Notes under the pieces: model-generated | Databases searched by the model: none | The model's input: the letters and a program-made list of their open reading frames with translations, nothing else | What the model was told of the DNA's origin: nothing | Assembly (NCBI GenBank): GCA_964409035.1 | Contig: CAYPBQ010000001.1 | Location: forward strand, 111,638-175,637 | Source: an uncultured Candidatus Saccharibacteria bacterium | GTDB lineage: Bacteria > Patescibacteriota > Minisyncoccia > Phycocordibacterales > UBA12088 | Direction: 5' to 3' | DNA length: 64,000 nucleotides | Made by a program: the position numbers and the translations under genes | Shown here: piece by piece, positions 38,389-46,637 of the stretch | Position numbering within the stretch: position 1 is the first letter of the stretch | How the letters are laid out: each line of letters starts with the position of its first letter

Positions 38389-40932
38389 TTAGATTTTATC
38401 TTTTCGAGCTAAATAAATTGGTAGATACGGATTCTTATCTTGTGCTTCTTTTTGTAACATTTCAATTCGTGATCGTATCGTAGCCATTATTTCATCATCT
38501 GTCTCAGTAGTAAACTGTATTGGCTCACCAATAGCAACCGTTACCGTCCCTGAATGCGGAATAATCGAATTTCTTTTTAGTACATACGAGAGCCCATAAT
38601 GGGCAATAGGTACTACGGGTAGTTTGAGTGCTCGAATAAGGTGTGCAGTTCCTCGCATAAACGGTAAGAGCTCACCATTATCACTTCGTCTACCCTCTGG
38701 AAACATAAGTAGTGACTCTCCCCCTTCTACTACATGCCCTGCATATTTGAGCGATGCCGAAAATCCATCTTCTTGCCGCAAGATAAATGCCCCCGCGCTA
38801 ACTCTCACAAGAAAAAGAATACCCCTATACCACAATCGCGTAAGGAGTGGAGCATGTGGTCGATAATAATAGGTGTCCGCAGTAGGTGTTGCAAGAAGAT
38901 ATCTATATCTATATGGCAATGCTCGTATTATTACCGAGTGATCAGCGCTACTAACGTGATTAGTAACAATCATCATAGGTTCGTGGGTATCGGGTATATG
39001 CTCGCGCCCAATCACCTTGAGTGTAATAAAGCATGCACTTATCGCGCTCTCGAGCACAGACATGAGCGCACGAAGCGATCTACCTACTGGAGTATGAATA
39101 CCTTGAAACCCATGAAGAGATTGCGTAGTCTTTTTTCTCTCTTGAATGTACTTTTCTATCTCAGCAACAGTGGTACGCGGAGTAATCATATCCTCTGATA
39201 ACTCGTAGTTATACTCACGAGCAATGCCAGAGATAAGCTCTACCCTCCCTAATGAATCGAGCCCCACCTCACTTACCAATGTTTGATGAGGAGCAATCGT
39301 AGAGGCTTCCCTTCCAGTTATGGACGCCAGCAAATCATATAGTTTTGACCTATGTGATGATGCGGTAGCACTTCCTTCTGTAGCGCCAGAGATAATTCTT
39401 TTGACTGCGATACGTTTTGTTTTTAGTGTTGTGGTTTTAGGAAATTCTCGCTCATGCCACAAACTGTATCCTTGTATTCGCATCGCGCTTGAAAGCGTGT
39501 CATTTGCACGTTGTACAATATCCTTCACGTCATCATGCTCATCTTTTAGAATCAACACCGCATGGATTGCCTCACCATGATCTCGCTCTACCCCCACCAC
39601 GCACGCCTCCTTTACTCGTGAATCATCTAGGAGTACTCGTTCTATATCATCAGGAAATATGTTGATACCAGAGGAAGAAAGAATCATTTCTTTCACCCTA
39701 CCACTCACTACCAAGTTAGCATCATCATCTTTATAACCAATGTCACCTGTTTTAAACCATCCATCATCAGTAAATGCATCGTGTGTTGCATGCTCATGAT
39801 GATAGTAACCAGTAAAGACATTAGGTCCGCGTACTTCTATTTCTCCCTCTTTTGAAAAACGCACTGACACACGAGGAAATTCTTTGCCTACCGTACCCCA
39901 TGCCTTATCAGTAGGAGAAGTTGCAGCGATAACAGGAGATGTTTCAGTAAGGCCATACCCCTCATATATAGATATACCGACATTTCTCCAAAATGTAGCA
40001 ATAGACCGAGAGAGTGGCGCGCCACCTGATACCATGTACTCAAAATGTCGTCCAAACGCCTTATGTATTTTTCTAAATAGTATCTTTTTTACAAATAGCG
40101 GTAGTGTACTCGCTCGCTCGCTTAATTTCATGAGTGTATCATATCTGCCTGATTCTTTTGCCCTCCCAATCACACCCATATACATCGCCTCAATAAGGCG
40201 TGGCACTACGAGCATGTGGGTTATTTTTTCCTTTTTTAACAAAGAAAATAGTACAGATGCGACTATCGCACTTGGGTATACAATAGTACCGCCTAACAAA
40301 AGTGGTACCCAGAGTCCGCCAACCTGCTCAAACATATGAGAGAGTGGGAGCGTAGAGAGTACGCGAACTCGTTTTCCAAATGAAAAATGAGTTACTGCTC
40401 CACACACATTTGCAGTCACGTTTGCATGGGTAAGCATCACCCCCTTAGGATCGCCTGTGGTGCCAGAGGTATACACAATGTAGGCAAGATCATCTTCCTT
40501 GACTAAAGACGCAGGGATACCAGCATATGGCGCAATAGTATGTAAAAAATCTTCAAGTACTACTGTTGTCCCGCTCATATTCTGCGGTCGGTACTTACTC
40601 TTAAGTAGTAACTTCGCTTGTGATCGTGTTGCGATTGTTTGTGCAGTTGAGAGAGTTGCCTGTATATCAACAGGGACAACAACCGCTCCAACAGATAGCG
40701 CTCCAAGGCTTGCAACTACCCACTCAATACTATTTGGTCCCCATATAACAATGGTGTCTCCCTTGCGTATACCCTCCGCTACACACCACGCGCTCGCCTT
40801 CTGTATAAGTGTATGCAATGTTGCGTAGGAATATCTAAAGGTGCGATATCCGTTATGAACTACAATCGCCTCACCCGATTGTGTTGCATGTATACCAAGT
40901 ATATCTACAAGAGTTTTCGGGTCTTTAGTCAT
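38389..40932 (-). CDS. trifunctional acyl-AMP ligase / acyl carrier / lysophospholipid acyltransferase (Aas-like)
   Basis: YTSGTTGDPKG, GYGLTE, TGD adenylation motifs; GLDSL carrier Ser; NHVSSAD and FPEGRRS PlsC motifs. Confidence 0.9.
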   Translation of the reverse strand: MTKDPKTLVDILGIHATQSGEAIVVHNGYRTFRYSYATLHTLIQKASAWCVAEGIRKGDTIVIWGPNSIEWVVASLGALSVGAVVVPVDIQATLSTAQTIATRSQAKLLLKSKYRPQNMSGTTVVLEDFLHTIAPYAGIPASLVKEDDLAYIVYTSGTTGDPKGVMLTHANVTANVCGAVTHFSFGKRVRVLSTLPLSHMFEQVGGLWVPLLLGGTIVYPSAIVASVLFSLLKKEKITHMLVVPRLIEAMYMGVIGRAKESGRYDTLMKLSERASTLPLFVKKILFRKIHKAFGRHFEYMVSGGAPLSRSIATFWRNVGISIYEGYGLTETSPVIAATSPTDKAWGTVGKEFPRVSVRFSKEGEIEVRGPNVFTGYYHHEHATHDAFTDDGWFKTGDIGYKDDDANLVVSGRVKEMILSSSGINIFPDDIERVLLDDSRVKEACVVGVERDHGEAIHAVLILKDEHDDVKDIVQRANDTLSSAMRIQGYSLWHEREFPKTTTLKTKRIAVKRIISGATEGSATASSHRSKLYDLLASITGREASTIAPHQTLVSEVGLDSLGRVELISGIAREYNYELSEDMITPRTTVAEIEKYIQERKKTTQSLHGFQGIHTPVGRSLRALMSVLESAISACFITLKVIGREHIPDTHEPMMIVTNHVSSADHSVIIRALPYRYRYLLATPTADTYYYRPHAPLLTRLWYRGILFLVRVSAGAFILRQEDGFSASLKYAGHVVEGGESLLMFPEGRRSDNGELLPFMRGTAHLIRALKLPVVPIAHYGLSYVLKRNSIIPHSGTVTVAIGEPIQFTTETDDEIMATIRSRIEMLQKEAQDKNPYLPIYLARKDKI

Positions 40933-40945
40933 ATACCTTTATGTG

Positions 40946-41257
40946 TTAGGTAAGTAATACTATCGCAGTAGCATATTCACCATCGTGACTTATTGATACA
41001 CTCATTATCTTGCTATCATCTACGCGCAAAAAAGGAGCGCCACTTACTTCATGATCTACTTCAAGCAATAGCCAATCGATTTTTTTACCTACCGCCTTAC
41101 AGTACGCCTCTTTAACGGCTATGTATCCCCCAGCCCGAAGAGAATTTCCTTGAATTGATTGTAACTCTGCATCTGTAAACACTCGAGCACACTCTTCACT
41201 ATTTGAAAGTAGCCGCTCTACCCTTCGTATGCTGATTAAATCTATTCCTACCCGCAT
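40946..41257 (-). CDS. acpS: holo-[acyl-carrier-protein] synthase
   Basis: VGIDL, AVKEAYCKA, SGAP, VSISHDGEYATA. Confidence 0.9.
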   Translation of the reverse strand: MRVGIDLISIRRVERLLSNSEECARVFTDAELQSIQGNSLRAGGYIAVKEAYCKAVGKKIDWLLLEVDHEVSGAPFLRVDDSKIMSVSISHDGEYATAIVLLT

Positions 41258-41295
41258 TGGTAGTAGTATACCAGAGCTGTGCTATGCTTTTTGAC

Positions 41296-41745
41296 ATGGC
41301 GATTATTCGTAACAAAAAGGCATCATTTAACTTCGAACTTCAAGAGAGATTCGAGGCGGGTATTGAGCTTTTTGGCCATGAAGTAAAGGCAATAAAAGCC
41401 GGAAAAGCACATCTAGAGGGAGCTCGGGTACTTGTAAGAGGGGGCGAGGTATATCTTGTGGGTGCAACTATATTTGCATACCAAGAAAGTAATAGCCCAA
41501 AGACATATAACCCAATGCGCAACAGACGACTGCTTCTCCACAAAAAGGAAATGCTTCAGATAGCAAGCGCGGAAGCCACCAAAGGGTTGACAGTAGTACC
41601 AATTTCAATGTATAATAAGGGTAGAAAGTTGAAGCTTGAAATTGCTATTGCTCGTGGTAAGAAGATGGCAGACAAACGAGAGACAATAAAAAAGCGTGAC
41701 ACTAATAGAGACGTTGAGCGCGAGACAAAATTCAAACTCAAATAA
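41296..41745 (+). CDS. smpB: SsrA-binding protein
   Basis: NKKASFNF, EAGIEL.G.EVK, R.RRLLLHKKE, ARGKK..DKRE. Confidence 0.97.
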   Translation: MAIIRNKKASFNFELQERFEAGIELFGHEVKAIKAGKAHLEGARVLVRGGEVYLVGATIFAYQESNSPKTYNPMRNRRLLLHKKEMLQIASAEATKGLTVVPISMYNKGRKLKLEIAIARGKKMADKRETIKKRDTNRDVERETKFKLK

Positions 41746-41836
41746 CACGTCATTTTGTTTTTTGAAAATAATATACATGCTTATCGTAATGGAAACATAT
41801 CCTTCCCCGCCTTTACTTATTACATGAGTTAAGACG

Positions 41837-42218
41837 GGGGATGATTGGCCTCGACAGTGAGTATGTGTTGCATAGTGTGCGAGTTCGTGTGAGGTGACAC
41901 GGTAAAAACACCTCAACCAATACGTGCTACAAAACTTCGCACGGCAATTCTTTCACCTTTCCAGATGAAGGACTTTGCACTCGCTGTAGCCTAAGGCTCG
42001 CGACATCCTACAGGGCGTTGTCTGATAGCCTTGTAACGGTGTAATACCATCAGAACCGCAAGTAGAACGACGTCACTCTGCTTGCTAAATAATGACGCTA
42101 TACGGTGTTGGCTTTTGACGAATTTTCTATCAACACCACGAACCAACAAATTCGCCAAGACTTCGTAGACTCACTATGCACTCCTCTCTGGATGCGGGTT
42201 CGATTCCCGCCATCTCCA
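41837..42218 (+). ncRNA. ssrA: tmRNA; tag ORF 41926-41994 (A)ATKLRTAILSPFQMKDFALAVA*
   Basis: GGGGATG...CATCTCCA acceptor with G3.U; TCGAC after the 5' stem; GGGTTCGATTCCC T arm; adjacent to smpB; tag ends ALAVA. Confidence 0.95.
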
Positions 42219-42258
42219 CAATTACAAAAACCTTCCCGCTTTCGCGGGAGTTTTTGTT

Positions 42259-42433
42259 TGTGGAGTGGAGCGAGAGAACTTCTTCTCTCGCGTCGGGAAT
42301 CGAAAGGCGCAGCGATGTTTTGTCCGCGTCCAAGCGGACAAAACCGCGAGCCTAGACGAAGCGCGCTTACTATCTTTTTGAGCGCAGCGATAGAAAGTAG
42401 TTAGCGACGCATCGTCGATCCGCCATCTCCACA
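42259..42433 (+). repeat. tmRNA-associated fold-back element 1
   Basis: TGTGGAG-TGG-[hairpin]-CGGGAATCGAA antisense arm; ends GATCCGCCATCTCCACA. Confidence 0.85.
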
Positions 42434-42473
42434 AATTAAAACAATACCGCCCTTTGGCGGTTTTTGTTTTTAC

Positions 42474-42632
42474 TGTGGAGTGGAAGACGATGCCTTCGCA
42501 TCGTCTGTCGGGAATCGAACGGCGGAGCGTTATACGTACGACTAAAAGGAGTGCGTATCGCGAGCCGCGTCCAACAACACTTAACGAATGCAATGAGTTT
42601 AGTGATTGTGGGACGATTCCCGCCATCTCCAC
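42474..42632 (+). repeat. tmRNA-associated fold-back element 2
   Basis: Same architecture; ends CGATTCCCGCCATCTCCAC. Confidence 0.85.
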
Positions 42633-42751
42633 GTAATAACACTAATTCGAACTATTTGGTCGCAGAGCGACTGTTCTGTGTACTTGGTACGCGCCGAGTG
42701 CGTGGGACAGGCATACTAAGAAAAAAGGGTAATTTTTGTTATACTCTGCAC

Positions 42752-43279
42752 ATGAAATCATCGACCATCGAATCCCCTTCCTATGTTATAAGACAATTTA
42801 AGACGAGTGATGCCGAATTGTGGCAAATGTGGGATATTGATCCTGAAGTGCAGGCATTTATGCCGGAGCCGTTTAATAAACCACAAGACATTGAGGAGCA
42901 GTACGCATACATCAAAGCATGTGAAGCTGATGAAGAAGGATACTACTGGTCAATAGAAACGAGGGGTGGAGTCACGATTGGTACCATCGCGCTCACAGAA
43001 TGCAATGACTACCATGGCGTTGCTAATCTCGGTATCGTGATCGGAAATAAAAACTATTGGGGCAAAGGGGTTGCAACGGAAACCATCACTGCTCTTATCG
43101 ACTATGCATTTACAAATCTAAACCTTTTCTATATTAGCGCTGAAGTTGAGGAAGGAAATGTTCCGATGGTGAATGTTCTGGAAAAAGTCGGGTTCAGACA
43201 AGACGGTTTATTTGAATCAGCTCGGGTAAAAAATGAAAAACGAATCAATGTTCACCATTTCAGTATTGTTAAGCGATAA
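42752..43279 (+). CDS. RimJ/RimL family GNAT acetyltransferase
   Basis: LGIVIGNKNYWGKGVATE, N.PM..VLEKVGF..DG; ATG 6 nt after TATACT. Confidence 0.88.
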   Translation: MKSSTIESPSYVIRQFKTSDAELWQMWDIDPEVQAFMPEPFNKPQDIEEQYAYIKACEADEEGYYWSIETRGGVTIGTIALTECNDYHGVANLGIVIGNKNYWGKGVATETITALIDYAFTNLNLFYISAEVEEGNVPMVNVLEKVGFRQDGLFESARVKNEKRINVHHFSIVKR

Positions 43280-43782
43280 TGAATAGTTATATGAAAAGCA
43301 CAAAAATAATCCCTATTAAACAACGAGACGCCAGTGCCTGCGGACCTACCAGTATTGAAATGACTCTGAAATACTTTGACGTACCACATACAGTCGCAGA
43401 TATTACTAGAGTAACTAACTATAAAAAAGAAGGTGGCATATACAACAAACAACTGGTGAGCGTGCTACAACACTATGGCCTTAAGACAAAAGTTTTGAAG
43501 AATACCTCTTGGGAACAACTGATGGAACTAAATACCAAAGATTCCGTGATAATTCTTTCTTGGATGCTTGATGGCTACATTGGACACCTTAGTGTTTTGG
43601 ATAATGTTGATAAAGACCATATCTATCTCGCGGAACCTACAACTGGAGAAATATTAAGGGTAGGTAAGATAAAGTTTCTCAGGCTCTGGTTAGACTACGA
43701 GGCTAAAGCTGAAGTACCACTGTTCCCCGAATCAAAGTCTGACATTCAACTGAGGTGGTTGTGTATCGCATCGAAACCATAA
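43279..43782 (+). CDS. stand-alone C39-like cysteine peptidase
   Basis: QRDASACGPTSIEM (Q-x5-CG), GHLSV, IYLAEP; overlaps the GNAT stop codon. Confidence 0.8.
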   Translation: MNSYMKSTKIIPIKQRDASACGPTSIEMTLKYFDVPHTVADITRVTNYKKEGGIYNKQLVSVLQHYGLKTKVLKNTSWEQLMELNTKDSVIILSWMLDGYIGHLSVLDNVDKDHIYLAEPTTGEILRVGKIKFLRLWLDYEAKAEVPLFPESKSDIQLRWLCIASKP

Positions 43783-43789
43783 GCAAAGA

Positions 43790-43824
43790 GAAAACCCAAA
43801 AGCCAATGAAGGCCTTGGGTTTTC
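43790..43824. terminator. bidirectional terminator between convergent island operons
   Basis: GAAAACCCAA...TTGGGTTTTC. Confidence 0.6.
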
Positions 43825-43839
43825 AAGTTGTGTCCTGGG

Positions 43840-45069
43840 TCACTTTTTCAGACTTACCCAATGCAGTACCTTCATGAGGATATGGAAGACCAGGCTGGTC
43901 GTCATATCATCACGATCGAGTGCTGGACTAAGTTCGACAACATCTATGCCGACAACCTGGTTGCGCTCGATAACCGCACGCAACAACTTCAGCAGCACCT
44001 GCGGAGTCATGCCGAGCGGTACAGGAGTACCAGTTCCAGGAGCGAAAGATGGGTCGAGCACATCAACGTCGAAGCTGATATAGCACTTCATCCCTTTTGG
44101 CAACCTAGTTGCAAGCACATTAGCCAGCTCCTCTTCGATGACGACTTGAGTTGTTGTCTGACACCTTTCTTCACCAAGAGGAGCACCGGCAAAACCACGC
44201 ACTCCAAACTGGAGCAAATGGGCTGTTGGGTTTTCATGCACCACTCGTCGCATGACGTTGCCATGATGATGCTCTGAACCAACCTCCCACTCCCCCATGT
44301 CTGTGTGCGCATCCAGATGAATGATGACTATCTCTCCATGGACTTCTGTACACGCACGAATGAGTGGCGCAGAGATTGAGTGGTCTCCCCCAATGAACAC
44401 AGGAAATGCACCGCTCCGATGTGACAATAAAGCGCCCCGATAGCAACGCTCATAGACAGTCGCTAGAGATTCCCCTGTTCGATACGCAACATTGCCCAGG
44501 TCTCCAAACGGAACTCCTTCGAGGATCACAGTCCCGAGGTCAGCGTTATGCCAACCACGGTTTCTTCTGGTAAAGATATCCCGCTCGTAAGCCAGAAATT
44601 TCGCTGAAACTTCACGGAGTCGATCCGGACCAAAGCGAGTACCCGGATTACCGGTCGCCGCCTGGTCGAGACATACTCCAGCCACAACGATTGTTCCTTC
44701 TTCGAGACTACACACATCGACTGCAGGCGAGTACACAAACTGTATTCGCGCACTAACAAATAAGGTTTCCCTATCGACAACCAGCGGCTCTTCAGCTTTT
44801 CCGTCTACTACTTCAATTAGAAAGAAAGCTTCAGCAAACGCAGCAATAATCAATAGAAATTCCTCGTACGGTTCACCCCCAGCCACTCCAAGCTCCATCG
44901 CGGCTTCATGCGTGCTTTTAACTACGCGGAAAGCTGCGAGGATCTTCAAGGACTCCTCAGTCAGAGAAAGCCGATGACCAGTCCGAGTGTTGTGTACCAC
45001 AACACAATTCTCGCCATCTTCACTTTCAAGCATGAGGTGTCTTGATACAACATACCAATCAGTACTCAT
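43840..45069 (-). CDS. ureohydrolase (arginase/agmatinase family) with N-terminal RRE-like extension
   Basis: GTRFGP, GGDHS, DAHTD, SFDVDVLDPSFAPGTGTP, DVVELSP; ATGA overlap with the ThiF gene; RBS GAGGAG. Confidence 0.9.
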   Translation of the reverse strand: MSTDWYVVSRHLMLESEDGENCVVVHNTRTGHRLSLTEESLKILAAFRVVKSTHEAAMELGVAGGEPYEEFLLIIAAFAEAFFLIEVVDGKAEEPLVVDRETLFVSARIQFVYSPAVDVCSLEEGTIVVAGVCLDQAATGNPGTRFGPDRLREVSAKFLAYERDIFTRRNRGWHNADLGTVILEGVPFGDLGNVAYRTGESLATVYERCYRGALLSHRSGAFPVFIGGDHSISAPLIRACTEVHGEIVIIHLDAHTDMGEWEVGSEHHHGNVMRRVVHENPTAHLLQFGVRGFAGAPLGEERCQTTTQVVIEEELANVLATRLPKGMKCYISFDVDVLDPSFAPGTGTPVPLGMTPQVLLKLLRAVIERNQVVGIDVVELSPALDRDDMTTSLVFHILMKVLHWVSLKK

Positions 45070-46151
45070 GACTCTCCTCTCTTGTGCCCACAGCATGGGC
45101 ACATGTGCCGTTTCCTGAATTTGCGGAAGTTGATATCGTAGGTACGAAAATCCAACTCCGCAACCTTATTAGTCATCGTTGGTTTCGAGAAACCAGTAAT
45201 GACCTTCACCACATCCAATACATGATAGTTTGCGGTGATCGCACTAATGGCAGCGATATTTCCACCTTTAATGTGCGTATTAGTAACTGTCAATTGCTGA
45301 TACTCAGCTCGATGAAGCTGTTTATCAAGTGCGTGCTCATAACAGTACCAACACGCTGATTCTCCAGGAATGACCGTTGGTCCGATAAAGCTTAAGTGTC
45401 CATCATACCCTCCGCAGAGAATGTGAGGCACTTGTAGCTCAAAACCAACTTCCGTGACAATCCGATTAACCACATCTGTACTCGGATCATCCGCACAGGA
45501 GATAATCAAACTGCTACCTCGCATCCCAACAAGGCAGTCTTGTGGGGACACAACTTGCCGTGCAACACCCTGGACTGAGATTCCAGCATCAATGGCACGG
45601 AGTTTTCGTTCTGCCACTTGAACCTTTAGGGATCCGACGTCATCAACATTGAACAAACACTGTCTGTTCAAGTTTGATATTTCCACCACGTCTGGATCGA
45701 TGAATGTAAAGTTACGGACACCAGCTAGGGCAAGACCTTGGGCAACCCAAGTACCAATCCCTCCCAAACCGATTATCGCAACCCGCGCTATATGTAAACG
45801 CTCTTGCATTGCTTCGCGGGATTGGGTTCTTGTCTCAAACTCCGCAAAGAAATTGCGCTGGGTTACAAATTTATCCTGGCAAATAACGGTAGGATGCTTT
45901 TTGGTAGCCAGTATCCGACTCTTTTGGAGTATTGATACCAGTCGCCGGACTTCTATTATTGGGAGGCCTGCTTTCCTTGCTATCTCTTCGATTGGATGCA
46001 AACCATCAAAATATTGCAAGCAACCAAAAGCCTCTTTGTTAAGTTGGAACGGCAGGACAACACTACTTGCATTGAAGAGAAAGTTCACTTCATAGACATC
46101 TCGTACACTTCTGTACAAGACAGAGATACTGTCTTTGATCTGTGGAAACAC
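45066..46151 (-). CDS. ThiF/E1-like adenylyltransferase with N-terminal RRE-like wHTH (MccB/PaaA-like)
   Basis: IIGLGGIG, D.DVVEISNLNRQ, CADD, GPTVIPGESACWYC, CPCC; RBS AGGAG plus GTG at 46151. Confidence 0.88.
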   Translation of the reverse strand: MFPQIKDSISVLYRSVRDVYEVNFLFNASSVVLPFQLNKEAFGCLQYFDGLHPIEEIARKAGLPIIEVRRLVSILQKSRILATKKHPTVICQDKFVTQRNFFAEFETRTQSREAMQERLHIARVAIIGLGGIGTWVAQGLALAGVRNFTFIDPDVVEISNLNRQCLFNVDDVGSLKVQVAERKLRAIDAGISVQGVARQVVSPQDCLVGMRGSSLIISCADDPSTDVVNRIVTEVGFELQVPHILCGGYDGHLSFIGPTVIPGESACWYCYEHALDKQLHRAEYQQLTVTNTHIKGGNIAAISAITANYHVLDVVKVITGFSKPTMTNKVAELDFRTYDINFRKFRKRHMCPCCGHKRGES

Positions 46152-46240
46152 TGCGTGGACTCCTTTCATAGGCATTCCGAACCCTTCTGTACAAGACAGG
46201 GATACTGTCTTTAGCCTGTGGAAACACTGCGTGGACTCCT
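46089..46240 (-). repeat. diverged 76-bp tandem duplication of the ThiF RBS and first 21 codons
   Basis: 46165-46240 vs 46089-46164, 9 mismatches by hand alignment. Confidence 0.9.
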
Positions 46241-46278
46241 ATTGTTAATTTCAAAAAACAAGAAGTGATTCTATGCGA

Positions 46279-46351
46279 AAAGTACTACACATCGGAGTCA
46301 TGTCAAGGCAAGCTACTGGAGATTGACACAAAAGAGAATAGCCACTACTCT
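46279..46351. promoter_or_regulatory. divergent sigma70-like promoters for the thiF operon and the peptide gene
   Basis: Plus strand TTGACA(46323)-17-TACTCT; minus strand TTGACA(46306)-16-TACTTT. Confidence 0.6.
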
Positions 46352-46405
46352 TCTAATAAACAAGTGGATAGGCTGCTTGTTCCCAACCCGCATACGGAGA
46401 ATCCT

Positions 46406-46552
46406 ATGCAAAAGAGCGTTCTGTCGACCGACTCAACTCCCCAAGGCAATCCGGCAGCCACCGTAGTCGATCTGCGGAAAGTGAGCATCAAGTCGTTGCC
46501 GCGTCGTCACAGCGATGTCTACATGCGGGGACTGCGACGTCCGCGCGCTTAA
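46406..46552 (+). CDS. 48-aa Arg-rich peptide, putative RiPP precursor
   Basis: MQKSVLSTDSTPQGNPAATVVDLRKVSIKSLPRRHSDVYMRGLRRPRA; RBS GGAGA; own promoter and terminator. Confidence 0.6.
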   Translation: MQKSVLSTDSTPQGNPAATVVDLRKVSIKSLPRRHSDVYMRGLRRPRA

Positions 46553-46572
46553 TCGGACGACGGCCATTGCCT

Positions 46573-46610
46573 GGGACGGAGACCACAACGTGTGGTTTCC
46601 GTCCCTTTTT
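46573..46610 (+). terminator. intrinsic terminator after the peptide gene
   Basis: GGGACGGAGACCAC-AACGT-GTGGTTTCCGTCCC-TTTTT. Confidence 0.8.
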
Positions 46611-46637
46611 CACTTTCCCTTCGGGCGCTTTTTGTTT

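Noticed and set aside
42200-42640. Repeats after tmRNA as a CRISPR array
   Set aside because: The repeats are tmRNA 3'-end copies about 200 bp apart, with structured, mutually homologous interiors; there are no cas genes.
42105-42751. ORFs overlapping tmRNA and the fold-back elements, including the N-terminal 96 aa of ORF 42464-43279
   Set aside because: They overlap structured RNA or repeats; the GNAT has a better start at 42752.
46406-46552. Classical microcin C or pantocin precursor
   Set aside because: No C-terminal Asn, no EEN core and no double-glycine site; kept only as a novel-type precursor candidate.
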